Shown: piece by piece, positions 48,998 to 61,859 of the stretch | Position numbering within the stretch: the first letter of the stretch is position 1 | Layout: every line of letters begins with the position of its first letter | Source: Callorhinchus milii | Lineage: Eukaryota | Direction: 5' to 3' | DNA length: 64,000 nucleotides | NCBI RefSeq assembly: GCF_018977255.1 | Contig: NW_024704742.1 | Span: forward strand, 116,438,001-116,502,000 | The notes under the pieces: generated by a model | What the model saw: only the letters and a program-made list of their open reading frames with translations | Database searches by the model: none | What the model was told of the DNA's origin: nothing | Translations under genes and position numbers: made by a program

Positions 48998-50534
48998 GTG
49001 TCTGTTTCAATGTGCTGTCCTTCATTTCTCCATTGATCTCATCAATTGATTTGAAACAATGGCTTAAACTACTGGAAACGGTTTGTGCCATTGAATCCTT
49101 CATACTGCAGCATTGTGTTGTGATATTTAATCACAATAAAACACTCAAGCATAAAGCATCTGCCATTATTATGAATATTTTAGTTTTAACTGTGGAAAGA
49201 ATTAAAACATTTCATTAAAGAGCAGCCTCCATTTATTATTTAACCATGGTCTTTCATTTTGATTCTTTCCCCTCCACTTGCAGCCTCAAACATTCTGTGT
49301 TGTAAAACATTTTTGAGCAGGACACAGCTCCAGAGATTGAAGTGTTGGTGTACAGAGACTCAAAGTGGATATGCATGAGCCAGTCTCCATCAGTTTTCTT
49401 TCCCCAAGCAGACAAGCAGAGAACAAAGGAAGCTCAGTACACACAAGGGAGGCTGGTCAAAGTATTATCTTCAAAGAGAGATGAGGGAACATATCACCAT
49501 GGAAATATTAGATTAAGTATTTCTCTTCCACTTGACCATTATGGTTTCCTGAATTCTCATTACATCTTACATTTCCTGCATCTTGAGAATAAAATTAGGA
49601 ATCAATAAAATACTTGCATTCAACATACGGTTTTGATGGTCACTGACTCATTTTAGGCTTGCTAAAATAGTGCTGTTTGCTTTTGCTTTTGGTTTTCATT
49701 AAAGTAAATGCCCTCATGGGATTCAGCAGGAAATACAGTAAAATACTGCTATTTACAGCAAAACTGCATGCAGTAATGTTTGAAGCAGTAATGGCCCACT
49801 AATGCCCTTTAAAGCAACACACCAAATCTCAACAGCTGCTGATCCCTAAGGGAAGCAATTTCTAGTTCAGCAGACAGATTGAAGTAAATGCTGATGTGAA
49901 ATTAAGGAGAGCTGTGTGAATGGAGTACAGCAATTTGATTCAAACCATCCAAATTAAATGCTTATTAAGGATTGTATTCTCATATCAGGCCAGTCTATCA
50001 GATGATTTCTGTAAGTGAAACCAAGGCAGCAATTAAAGAAAGAATCTCTGAGTCTGTGAAAGTCTGGACATGCTATTATTGTGTAAAACTCCAGGATAAG
50101 TATAGTAAAAGACTCCACTTTCATGCTGCACTAGTTATATTTAAACTATTCACTCAGTTGTAAGCCATTTGACTGTGTAATTGATTACAATTAACTTCCT
50201 GGCCGTTTGTGGGACATTACTGTGTGAAAATTGAACTTCTGCATTTCCAAAAGCACACAGTCACTGCATTTCATAGTAAAATCCTTTGAAGCGCTTTGAG
50301 ATATCTTGACAACGTGAGTGATAAAGATTATTATTATTGAAGCTTCAACAATCTGCTGCTTTTCAATAGTAAAAGATCCTGTATTTTGGTAATATTGAAT
50401 TTTGCCCCTGTGTTGATGGAATTGTTGCTCTCAACCCAAATAAATCTACACCTGTATTTCTGCATCAAAAATAAAATGTACAATTATACAGGAGCAGGAC
50501 TACAAAATCTTTTAGACTGAAAGGTTACCTGATT

Positions 50535-50732
50535 CTGCCTCAATCTCTTTGCCACAACCCCTCCTTGCCCATCTTCAGATCTCACTTGAAGACCTTCTTC
50601 TCCAACTAATCATAGTCATCTCCCTCCCATTCCCTGGATTAGCATTAACCTGCACCATTATTAAGAGCTTTGAGATGTCTCCCCCCCACATGAAAGGCGC
50701 TATATAAATGCAAGTTGTTGGTGGTGGTGGTG
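50535..50732 (+). mobile_element. L2 3' fragment
   Basis: cacttgaagaccttcttctc...aaaggcgctatataaatgcaagttgttgg. Confidence 0.75.
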
Positions 50733-51029
50733 ATGATTGAATCATTGTTTGGGCTGATGCAAGAGTTGCAGTACATAATTGGTTTCAGTGTCTTGGTTTA
50801 GGAAGGATGAATTCAGCCAGGGTTCCTGATCCATATCCCCGCTAGAAGGAACATATGTGTTGATGTAAGGTGACAATGGGATCGGGATCTCCTTTTCTCC
50901 TTTTGTTGCTTGCAAGCAAAATACGGCAAGAGAAATCTAATCACAAGCAGGGCTTCCCCCAATATCCTTAAACAAGCAAAGAAGGCTTATTAAAATGATC
51001 TGTTCTTTACAGTCAAAACTGTTCAAGCA

Positions 51030-51230
51030 ATCAACAACTATTTGCATTTATATAGCACCCCTCTCGCAGGGTGGCGTCCCAGAATGCTTGACAGTTGTGG
51101 AGCACAATGTTGAACTAGGGGGAGGTGACCATAGGCACAGTCAAAGAGGAAGGTCTTCAGGCGAGTCCTGAAGATGGGGAAGGAAGTGGAAAGGCGGCAG
51201 ATAGAGGAAGTGTTCCAGAGTTTCAGGGCA
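51030..51230 (-). mobile_element. L2 3' fragment
   Basis: LKLWNT..FRTRLKTFLFDCAY. Confidence 0.8.
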
Positions 51231-51309
51231 TATGTACATTTATATAGGAACAATCACCTCCATTCAGCAACCACCCCTTGTTAATAACTACACTGGAAGA
51301 GCATGGACA

Positions 51310-51725
51310 GCCCGGTTCCCCATCCCCCTGGGGATTGAATACAACATCCTTATCCACCCTTTTAAAGCCCTCCACAGTCTTGCTCCACCATATCTCTGTT
51401 ACCTTCTAAAACTTTACCAACTCGCTGTTTTCCTCTGCTCAGCAGACATTAGTTCTCGCCCTTCCCATCCCACCAACGGTGATCTGTCCTTTAACCTTTC
51501 TGCCCTACCCGCTGGAACCCAATCCAAGAGTCCCTTCACTTTGCTCCGTCCCTTGCCTCCTTCAAGGTCCATCTCAAGACTCTCTTCTTTCACTGCGCCT
51601 TGGTCCTCACCCCTATTGAATTGAAAGTGGCTCAGGTGCAAACCCTCAATTGTTCAGTGCCTTGGGATGTCCTCATGTTGTGAAAGGCACTATATAAATG
51701 TAAATTTGTTGTTGGTGGTGGTGGT
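51310..51725 (+). mobile_element. L2 3' fragment
   Basis: FPIPLGIEYNILIHPFKALHSLAPPYL plus tail. Confidence 0.85.
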
Positions 51726-52284
51726 TCATACACCAACAAATCCTTACTCAGAGGTCACCCTTATATAAAGGCCACTTTGGCCCAGTCCCTTGAGTGGTTG
51801 TTGAAGACAAGTTTGACTCTAGTTTTTTTCTCATTCTGTTGGGAAGTGCACAACCTCCACATAGCAGCAGTCCAGTATAGTATAATTAAAAGCAGAATCT
51901 CTCTGTGTGGGGAATCAGGTGCAGATCTGTGTCCCATTACTCCATGGTACAGTGTGCCGGCTGTAACATTCCTGAGAGCAGCCCCCCAGCAAGACATTGA
52001 TTAGGACTGTGGCCATCAACAAAGGTAAGGAAGCACATTGAGCCAGAGCTAGGAGCCACCTGGACACAGCAGGTCGGAGGGTCTCACTGAGCCACAAAGA
52101 GGTTTTGAAAACATTGGGGGAATCACAGAGACTGGGAGACCAAGGCGAGACTGAAAATGGCCAGACTTACAAGATCGAAAGGAGACTGGGAATTCTGGGC
52201 AGATCAACAGGAGATGCGAAATCTTGGCAGGGAAACTGGGGAGCAAGGTGGCTTCCCATCACACAAACATCATAGAGATATAAC

Positions 52285-52515
52285 ACAATACAAAATTACA
52301 TTTGTATAGTGCCTTTCACATCAGGAGGACATCCCAAGACATCAAAGAGGAGCCGGACAAAAAAAAGAAAAAAAAAGGAGCAAAGATGAAGGAAGGCAGA
52401 GCAGGACATGACCTGGATGTGGGATAGAAAGAAGAGTTGAGGGTCAAGCAAGATGCCAAGGTTCCAGACTGGTTTGGTAAGGTGGAGTGTGCATCTCTGA
52501 ATGGTGATGCTGTAA
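52285..52515 (-). mobile_element. L2 fragments (tail plus internal piece)
   Basis: tgcctttcacatcaggaggacatcccaag; gccaaggttccagactggtttgg. Confidence 0.7.
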
Positions 52516-52774
52516 AGATCTAAGTAAGGAATTTTTAATCCTTAAAATGCTAGCAGGTCCAAGCATTTCCAAGGTTCCCTGGGCTAGACATTTATTAATG
52601 TGAACTTGAAGCTTTAATATTACTATATTGAACCCACTCAAATGTCAAGAGCAGCTTTATTGTTGAAATATTAACTACAGAGTACAAAACAAAAGTTTAG
52701 CAATCTTAACTGAAAGTATTAATAAAGTCTTAAAGGAACTTGTAGAAAATTGCCCTCAAAGTTAAGGCTGTACT

Positions 52775-52930
52775 TAAGAAATTTCATTCAAAGGACAGCA
52801 CCTCCAGCAATGCACTGCTGAATTAATCCTCACATCAGCCTACACTATGAATTCAAAGTCAGGACATGGTGCTTGAACCCACTGCCTTCTGACCATGAGA
52901 CAAGTGTGCAACAACCACGCTAAGCTGACT
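52775..52930 (-). mobile_element. Old DeuSINE 5' fragment
   Basis: aaggacagcacctccagcaatgcac...gcttgaacccac. Confidence 0.6.
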
Positions 52931-53299
52931 TTATACCTTCTAGTATAATAATTAAATGTACCATATTTGGGAAGGCTCAAAGGTGCAGAAAATCATAGAT
53001 GCCCCAGCCCAATTGGTTTACAGAATCAATTGAATGCTTCACACTGGGTTTATACTGTATCTCTCCTGCTCTAAAAGTGGGTCTTAAATGGCAGTACTGA
53101 CACTTGAGCACTGCTGATAATGCAGATCAGAATTTATATAAAGTAATTCATTTGATCTGACACGATGGCTTGAATCTATTTGGAGAGGCTGCCATAAAGT
53201 CTGAAATCAACAAGCTCCTGTGATTCAAAGAAATTCAGCATCACATTTCTAATTTGGTGGAACCCAAACATTACTCTTTGCTTGGCTAACCCAGGCTTG

Positions 53300-53565
53300 C
53301 TGAATATACCCTGTTTGTTCCATACCATCATCGATGGCCAAGCTTTCAGATTCTATGCCCCTAACCTCTGAAACTCCCTCCCTCTACCCCTCCATCTCAC
53401 CCTTTCTCTATTGGTCTTCAAATCCTGCCTTAAAACCTAACTCTTCAACTGTGATATGGTCACCTCCCCCACTCCCCTGCTGGGTGTCCTGCCTCCATCA
53501 TTGTAAAGCGCTTCCAAGATGTTATCTTTCATGAAGGGAGCTATATAATTGCCAGTTCTTGTTGT
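53300..53565 (+). mobile_element. L2 3' fragment
   Basis: accatcatcgatggccaagctttcag..cttaaaacctaactcttc..agctatataattgc. Confidence 0.7.
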
Positions 53566-54656
53566 ACCCTCTGTAAAGTCACAATGGAAACATTCAGACA
53601 GAATTATTGTTTATTCAAGTATGCAGGCTAGAAACCAACATTAAACAAGGAGTACAAATGTTCTCTGTTCTAAATATGATAATTATTGTAATATCCTGTA
53701 CATTGCAGTCTGGTTTTCTCGCTGTTTACTGGTGCAGTTGGAACAGCAGTGACACTGCACGCGCGACCAAAGATTTTTTTAACTTGTACTTTATAAATCC
53801 ATTTAGTAGTCGACAGAGGCTTCTTGTGCAGATAATATTTTAACTACAGAATATTTTTCATATAGTCAACACAGTGGTTTCTTTTCTTAAGTTTATGATT
53901 ACGCTTTTCAATGTGTTAATAATGCTCTCAATGTTTTAATTCATCCAGAAATTGCACTGTAATATGAAGGAAATAACTTTAGTCTAACACTGGGCACAGT
54001 AAGTGTTCTCTTTGTTATATTATAACACTGAACACAGGTCTGGAGTCAGGGACTAAAGGCCACCAATAAATTCTGCTAAGATGTAATCGGATCTTGACCT
54101 TTGAAAGCAGGAGATGCTTGTTTCCAGTAGAAAGACTTCAGAGAAATTTGGACCTCCTGTGTTCTCACTGGGAAGACACTGAATAGAAACCTTGTTAGGG
54201 GATGGATTAGACTCCTTGCAGGCTGTCCACTCACAGCATCGTAAGGGTTTTCAACTACCTTCTTCTAAACCCACAGGTGGTCTCAGCGACCCTTTCAATC
54301 TAACCAGAACACACAGGCAGTTTGGAATTCCCAGCAGGTACTGAGAGACCGTACAACAGAAACAACTGCTTTGAACCATCTGTCTATGGCTTCAGCCCAA
54401 TTACTTAACTCTCCTATTTTATTCCCAGGATTCAAATACCTTTCATCAGGAGCAGTTACCTCTCTGTAATCTGACTGCAGCATTCTTCAGTAATGCACTA
54501 GTACCAGACCCATTTTATGTTGTTTTGTGTCAATACGTCACAACTCTGAAGGTGAAGATTCTGGAAATCTCCATTTGATTTTAACACACCTTTGTCCCCA
54601 TTCCCAAATCTCTTTCTCTGAACTCAGAAGAAACACGTGGGGTAAAATTACACCAG

Positions 54657-54863
54657 TGTCTAGATTTGTGTTTGCTATTTGTGTAGCATTTCAGAATGTC
54701 CAGAATTTGGCAGATTGTTGAATTCAGTCTTAACTTTGAAGACAATTTTCTGCAGTTCTAAAACAAATTTCAGCTGAAACACGGCTTCAAAATTATACTG
54801 CATTTAAAAATTTGACAAACTCTGAATGCTCTAAAATGCTACATTAATAGAGTAAATCCAGAC
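54657..54863. mobile_element. Palindromic MITE-like element
   Basis: gtctagattt...tagcatttcagaatgtccagaatt pairs imperfectly with actctgaatgctctaaaatgcta...aaatccagac. Confidence 0.65.
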
Positions 54864-55169
54864 ATGGATGGAATTTCTATCCCACTTTTTCCCTGCAGTA
54901 TTTTTCTGGAGCTGACATAGGAACACAAGAACGTACAAGACCAGAAAAGACCACTGCAGTACATCTGGTTGGTCTCAAAGTCAATTTTGTTTTTAATAAA
55001 AATAAATAATCCTACACTCTATCGTTCATACCTTTCAGTTGAGGGTATGAATTCTTCGGCAAATAGCTATAATTCCCTATTGAATTTGCTGGCGTTTGAA
55101 TGTATTCTAATTACTAATAGCAATTTTGCAGAAGAATCCACCCAGCTGAAGGATCTTCAAGAGCTGTCA

Positions 55170-55580
55170 TTCAGAACAGGAAATGGTGCCCTGCCATGAT
55201 AAAGGCAGGCACCGCAAAGTCCAGTGTAAAATGTTTTCTCGCACACCATTTAGTGCTTGAGGGCACAGAACGTGTTGCTCTCTGTCCCTCCTGTATAAAC
55301 TCCTGAGCATTGAAGCTCTGTTCAGGGTACAATGTTGATTTACCCCTGATCATCATGTTTTTCTTCATACTCTGCTTCAGTTCATTACTCTTTATTCAAG
55401 ATTCTACAAAGAACGTTCTCTTTTTGCTTGAACTTGCCTGGTTGACTTTTTGACAAATTGGCCAAATTCAGTGTGCTACCTTCCCAGGAGATGCTGATGA
55501 AAGAACACCCAAATAGCAAGTCTTTGTCTGGGAACCCCAGAAACATCCAACTCATGCCATTATATTTCTGCTTCATTTTT
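55170..55580 (-). mobile_element. Ancient CR1-group ORF2 relic
   Basis: Minus-strand peptides DKDLLFG..ISWE and QEGQRATRSVPS weakly resemble EKDLGV..LSW and VQRRATRLVP. Confidence 0.35.
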
Positions 55581-55853
55581 CTGAAAGAAACTGAAGCTGT
55601 TTAATGGTTTCCGCAAATTAGGTTCCTCTTCATGTTTTAAGTATCTGATGAATACCTTCTACAATGAAACAGTCAGTAAAGCCACGCACAGTGAAATCAG
55701 CCATACACATCCAGAAGATACCAGGGTCAATACCCATGAGTTTTTAGATGATACAATTGACCTCATGACCATAGTGAAGGAAATCAGATAGTTTTCCAGT
55801 CCTCAGTACTATTCAATGAGCCCATTTTTGACTTCAACTGAGAATTATATTGA

Positions 55854-55983
55854 CAAAATGCAAAATACTGTAGATGCTGGAAATCTGAAACAAAAACAGA
55901 AGTCATTGGGAACACTCAGCAGGTCAGGCAGCATCTATGGAGAAAGGAAAGTGAGTCAACATTAATTAGTTAAGTGAGTCAAC
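55854..55983 (+). mobile_element. Short insert of a common chondrichthyan repeat, with 14-bp TSD
   Basis: aaatactgtagatgctggaaatctgaaacaaaaacaga..actcagcaggtcaggcagcatc flanked by gagaattatattga at 55840-55853 and 55984-55997. Confidence 0.75.
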
Positions 55984-56287
55984 GAGAATTATATTGAGTT
56001 TGTCTATCATGCTCTCGTGGTCAGAGAAACCTTCCATCATTGCAGACCCACAATGTCTACTCGTTCATGTAAATGGTAAAGATTGCATGACATTAATCAA
56101 ATTTCTCCTGGTGCCTTAGTCAATAATCCCCAGAATAATTGTTCATTCACTTAATGACTCTCAATGGCTCCTTGTCATGCGCAAATTGCAAAACAATAAA
56201 CCTTGCTGTATCATATGCAAGGATTATTGTTAGGATTATTTGCAATGAGATTTTCCTGGCCATTTCCAGCATTAAATCTTTCTGAAT

Positions 56288-56680
56288 GACAGCCTGGCTC
56301 TTGCTTCTGAGTCAAAAGCATATGGGTTCAAGACCCACGTTAGCACTTTGATATAGTCTAGTCTGACACTCTAATGTCAGATGGGGATGTGCTGCATTGT
56401 TGGAGGTGCCGTTCTTCAGATGAGATATTAAACCGAGGTCTTGTCTACCTGTTCAGGTGAAAGCTAACAATCCTAAGGCACTATTCAAAAAAAAAGGAAG
56501 TTTCTCCCAGTGTCCTGGTCAACAATCCCCCAAATAAAATTTGTTACTTATTTCATGGCTATTTGTGGGATGTTGTTGAATGGAATTTATCTGCTACATT
56601 TGCCTACAAAAACACATAGTCACTGTTCTGTGAAGCAGATGTCCTCCTGATGTGAAAGGTGCAACATCAACTACATATAA
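56288..56680 (+). mobile_element. Old DeuSINE
   Basis: acagcctggctc..tgagtcaaaag..ggaggtgccgttcttcagatgagatattaaaccgagg. Confidence 0.8.
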
Positions 56681-57319
56681 TGATTTGTTTCATCATTCAC
56701 AGAAGAGTCAGGGCCTCCACTTGTAAGAGGTTGTCTGTGTTGCAAGTGCAATGTTGTAAAGGAAGAGTTCCTATATGTACCACATTCTGTATTAGTGATT
56801 GATTTCCCTTAAATACAAAAACTTAAAATCAGAAACAGAAGAGATTCACACCTCAATCTATATAAGCTGGCAATGATCCTGTGTTATGCTTGTATTACCA
56901 CTTATACCTTAGTGCAGATTTAAGTTAAACTAGATACATGTATAAGTTTCTTAGTCATTGATGCAGTGATGAATAGTTAATCACTTACAGGGACTGGTCG
57001 ATAATTTCCTGTAAGACTTTTCGCTTACATATTGTCCTGTATTGGATTTCGCTAAGACTTTGATTCATGCATCATTCTGTTTCTTGTACCTCTTGTTCTG
57101 AAGATACTGGTGCGGTTCTGTGCTTACTGGCAGCATTTCAGTTCCTCACTGCAACGTGTTTGGGTTAATAGCCCATGGGCTAGTTCTGTAATCCTTTTCA
57201 TTGGTTAGTTACCAATTTAAAATGCAACCCAACCTGCATTTTGTATCACAACGACAAAAAGTAATTTGATCACTGAGAGCATTGCAGCTAACCTCAATCT
57301 TCGTCTGAATTGGCCTTCA

Positions 57320-57525
57320 TACGTGTACTTTCTAGCAGGGGTCTACAGTTAGTAATCAGGGGACTCAAGATGATATTTCCCAAGAACACTGAAGCCATTT
57401 GCAGCACCTCCCCCAGCTACCCTGGCTGAGATCAGCTGGCTCAGCACAAATCCAGTGTAGAATCTGAAACCTTTCTGTTCTGTATGACTCATTGCCCCAC
57501 CACATGGTGCATTTACCAGCCTAGC
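57320..57525 (-). mobile_element. Ancient tRNA-derived SINE (AmnSINE2-like)
   Basis: ggctgagatcagctggctcagcaca..catggtgcatttacc. Confidence 0.55.
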
Positions 57526-58772
57526 TTTCTTAAAACAAAATAAACTTGCAAACAAATAACTAAGGCTGTTCCAAAACAAAACATTACTGTGCAGCAGAAA
57601 GTCTTTTCTGTAGATGCTACTCCGCATGGGTCCTTTCTTAACTGTTGGTTACCTCAATACACAATACTCCGTTCTGACTTGTAACCTAATTGATTTTCAT
57701 GGGAGCTTCCACTCCATTCTATGTTTCATATACATATGGCCTTTGGGAAACTTCGAAATTGCTGAACAGAATTGATTCCTACCGAACAGTGCAAATCATT
57801 CGTTCTGTTCCCATGGCAATACATTAGATGTGAGTGGAATTTGAGCTGCATTATAGATGAAGCAAATGGCATTGAAATTAATAGAACGGTTATTTTAACT
57901 TTTAATTGTTTGTACAGAAATTCTGATTTGTCAGCCTTCCTATTATTGTAATCATGATTTTAATATGAACCTGTACCTGAAGAATGAATGTTAAATTACC
58001 AAAGATTACATGAATAAACCCAAAGAAGCTGCTCAATGAAGCTTCTTTAAACATTCAATGAAGTGCAGCATGATTGTGGGATTCAGTAATCACTTAATCC
58101 TTGTCCCTGGATATAGCAACATCTGGTTTACTAGAATTTCTTACAAAAATATTTAAAATATCCTATTTCAGTACCCTATTGGTTTTATATAGGTCTTCTG
58201 AAAAAAACATACATCTCGTGAATGTTGCAAAGGCAATTGAGTGTCATAACTTAATAATGGAGGGATTGCAGGTATGGACAGAAGAAGACACGTGGGTGTG
58301 AGAGATCTTTATTTGAGGCTAGTTCAGCAGAGAAACAGGGCATAATATTAACAGCCTTTTCACATTAATCCTGTTTGCATCACTGCACTATATTTGGATT
58401 TTTTTTTGTTGGTTTAGTGACAAAACTGGTGTAAACATGACTTGAATCCCTGCTGCCCTACTTTTCACATGTTATTTGATACACTCTGACCCAGTATAAA
58501 TACTGGCAAGACTGCATTCAGTTCAGATCAATACAATCTGACTTACATTTGTACTGTGAGTGGAAATGAGGAATAAGGCATATGAGGATGGATTCAATGT
58601 GTTACATCAGAAAGTTGTGAAGGAGCCAGTTAACCTAATGCTGGATGAGAAAGTTATAGGTTTGATTGATTGACAGTTGTAGGTTTGAATAGGTGTGGTC
58701 CAACCTAATATTGTGATTCTCCTGTTTGAATTTGTAGAGTCAATGAGCTTTAAAAAGATGCATAATCCAACA

Positions 58773-59096
58773 TAATAATAATAACAATAATAATTCTTGC
58801 ATTTGATGTAGCGCCTTATCACGTTTTCTAGATGTTTCAAAGTGCTTCACAGAATACACTGCAAAGTAAATTGATTATATTTTGTGGGCAAAACGGGCAG
58901 CCAATCTCGCACATCAGTGTCCCACAAACAATTGTGGATTGAGTGAAAACATTTTTTTTAAGGGATTATTACTCCGAGAAAAGCAATCCACCAATCAACT
59001 AATAACCATGTTCCTACTTACTGCTAGGTAAACAGAGGCGTTTGGAGTAAGGAAACTTGTGAGGTGAGTACCCTAACCACTAAGCTACAGTACTCC
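58773..59096 (-). mobile_element. Young SINE long variant, B-box deleted
   Basis: Reverse complement: ggagtactgtagcttagtggttagggtactcacctcacaag joined directly to tttccttactcc; CORE-like segment; tail. Confidence 0.9.
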
Positions 59097-59204
59097 ATCC
59101 CTTATACCCTTCATGTAAAGAATTAACATAATGCTGTTGAAGAGGATCACTGTAAAGGCTGAACTGTATGTTTTAGAGTTAATAAACAATACTTGGACAG
59201 TACT

Positions 59205-59630
59205 GTGTCAGTTTGGTTCAGGCTGGGGCACTCTTTCCTCCATCTCAAAAGGTTGTGGGTTCAAGCCCCACATTAGGATTTTGAGCTCACCCTTTTTGCT
59301 GACATTCCAGTCTGTTGTTGCATTGTTGAGGCTCAATCCTTCAGATGAGATGTTAGACCAAGATCCTTCCTGCCTGTTCTGATTACAAATTATTCACAGA
59401 AGATCACAAGATTACGCCTGCAAATCTTCCTCTCCTGCCTGAAAACCTTCCTCTTCGACCGTGCTTGCAGTTAGAAAATTGGTTATTTATCTTATAGCTT
59501 TTTGTGGGACTTTACTGTATGCAATTTTACTGCTGTCTGTCTATGAATACAGTTAATATAGTTGACAGCAATAACCTCTTGAGACATTTTGACGTTATAA
59601 GCACTGTATCAAATGCCAGGATTATTATTA
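59205..59630 (+). mobile_element. Old DeuSINE (with a short L2-like piece inside)
   Basis: aaggttgtgggttcaagcccc head; tail atcaaatgccaggattattatt. Confidence 0.7.
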
Positions 59631-59744
59631 TACTAGGTAAGGTTCAGTTAACTTTAACAATTTGAATTGTTTCGTTTTTGAACGATTGTCTAGAAAATTC
59701 CCTTGTTAGTCCTCTCACCAACATTTCTTCTCCTGTCTCTTCTC

Positions 59745-59955
59745 TCATAGAATCATAGAATAACAGAATCCTAAACACAGAAGGAGGCTATTCAGCCCAT
59801 CGTGCCTAGGCTGACTCTTTGAAGGAGCTACCCAACTAGTCTCACTCCCCCGATCTTTCTCCAAAGCCTTGCAATTGTTTTCTTTTCAATTAAATATCTA
59901 ATGCTCTTTTAAAAGTTATTGTTGAAATCTGCTTCCAAAACCCTTTCAGGCCTTT
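59745..59955 (-). mobile_element. CR1 3' end
   Basis: tcatagaatcatagaa tail repeats; acagaaggaggctattcagcccatc. Confidence 0.75.
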
Positions 59956-60039
59956 TAAACTCTACCCTTCCTTTTTTTCCCTTCTTTTGGGTTATGACTG
60001 TCCAGGTGCTCTCTTACACCTCACCCAAGTAACTGTAAT

Positions 60040-60265
60040 TTATTTGTGAGGCTGGACAGTAAATGTTGGTGGGCTTATCAACTGAAAAGACATCACAGCC
60101 AAGTTTGACCCATACAAACACCTGTCATGTGTCTCTGGGTAGCAGTCAGGAACAGGAACTCTTTCTGATTTTTCCCTTCCTAATCCTGGACCTTGAGAGG
60201 ACAACTGCTGCCCTAGCTAACAGCACAGGCTGGGACCCAAACATGTAACTTTCAGGTTTATATGG
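60040..60265 (-). mobile_element. Ancient SINE (same family as 57320)
   Basis: tgtgaggctggacagtaaatgttgg..catcacagcc..tcaggaacaggaac. Confidence 0.5.
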
Positions 60266-60479
60266 ACTATAGATGTCCTGCGTGGAACTTTGTCTGGAAA
60301 ATACTGTAAACTACGCATCAAAAGGCAATGTTTTTCCTCCAAAAATTGAAATTTGTTTTAGTATTCTAGTTTTGAGGTTATCTGTGATCTTGACCCATTT
60401 CTGAATCAAACCATCAAAGGAAAGCCTCCTGAAAGGAATTCTGCCAAAGTCTAGTTTTGCCAACCTTAAAAAAATAAAT

Positions 60480-60712
60480 ACTTGTGAGTCTTATCACACT
60501 GAAAGAATGCTTCACACAATCAGTTGCTTTGAAGTGCAGTGCCTGTATATACATGTGTCTGCCAGTCTGCATCAGCAACGTCCCACTAACCATAATCAGA
60601 TGAATGACTAAGTGGGTTTCTTTATTAGTGAATTTGCATGATGGAGGAATATCGGCCAAGATACTAGGCAAATTTCATGTTCATCTTCAAAATAATACCA
60701 TGGGATCTTTAA
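60480..60712 (-). mobile_element. Old DeuSINE fragment
   Basis: tcttcaaaataataccatgggatcttta. Confidence 0.6.
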
Positions 60713-61859
60713 GGCTGAAAGGCTCTGGTCAGATATGCAATAGAAACAAGTCTACTCTTGTCTGAGCACAGCACAGATAAGATAGTATTAGTGTGTGCAC
60801 CTGCAGTTTTGGCCTTAATGAGACATAAATATATGAATATGTTGAAAGAGATGTTCTTCACCTAAAGGAACATGTTTCCCATTGTAAGTTCATTCACCCC
60901 TGACATGTTTGGTCCATCTAAGATACACTTCCATAATGTTAGCAACAAACATAACAATTGTAAAAGTATGGTAATCTTAATAATAATAATCCTTGCATTT
61001 GGTATACTGCCTTTCACGACAGGAGGACGTCTTATGTTATCAAAGTCTCAAGTTGCTGAACTCTTAAATGTCTGTTATCAATTTCTCTGACGTCAGAATT
61101 TGGGCCATAGGTAAGCACAGCAACAATCTCAGCTACAATGCCCCCAAAGGTTCAGTGGCCTACTATCACTGTTTGGTTTCACACACAAAAAACGGCCAAA
61201 GCCAACAGAGTGACCAACACCTGTGGAGCCAATCCTCAGCAAGAGTCAGAGTCACCCAATCTACAGTAGAGAAAATTGGATGTAAAATAAGAGGATGATC
61301 TGAAATTTCAGAATAGCAGTCTTTATTGAACAGTGTCCAAAAGGTGGAATGATAACAAGAGCACAAGAGCAGCAACATGTGTCACTGCAGCAGTGATGTG
61401 CTTTCAATCCCTTGAGGATTTGACAATCTCAATTGATGTGGGCAATAACTCCCGTGGGCATGGATAGTCAGAGAGAAAGTCGCAGCCTATCTGCTATCTA
61501 TGGCAGAACCATTTCACCTGCTTGCTCTTTCACCTGCAGCATTTAAGATTTAGAAAGGATGGAATGAGCGACAGCTCTTCAGCCCACTTCTTCTACAGGG
61601 TAATTAATGCAAACAACAATAGATTCATAGATTCTGGGGTCAACATTTTAGTAGCTATATGGTACTTGAGTAAAGGAGTCCAGAGTGTTTTGTCGTGTTT
61701 ACTTTTACACTGAAAATGTAATGCTTGAAAATTGTACTTTTTCAATGTTAGGCTCTGAGAGAGTCAATATGTCCCAATGTGATTGTAGTCAATTTGAAGA
61801 CGTTTTCTGAATGGGGCTCTGCATCCTGTTCAACAAGCACAGAGTCATGCCACTGTGTA

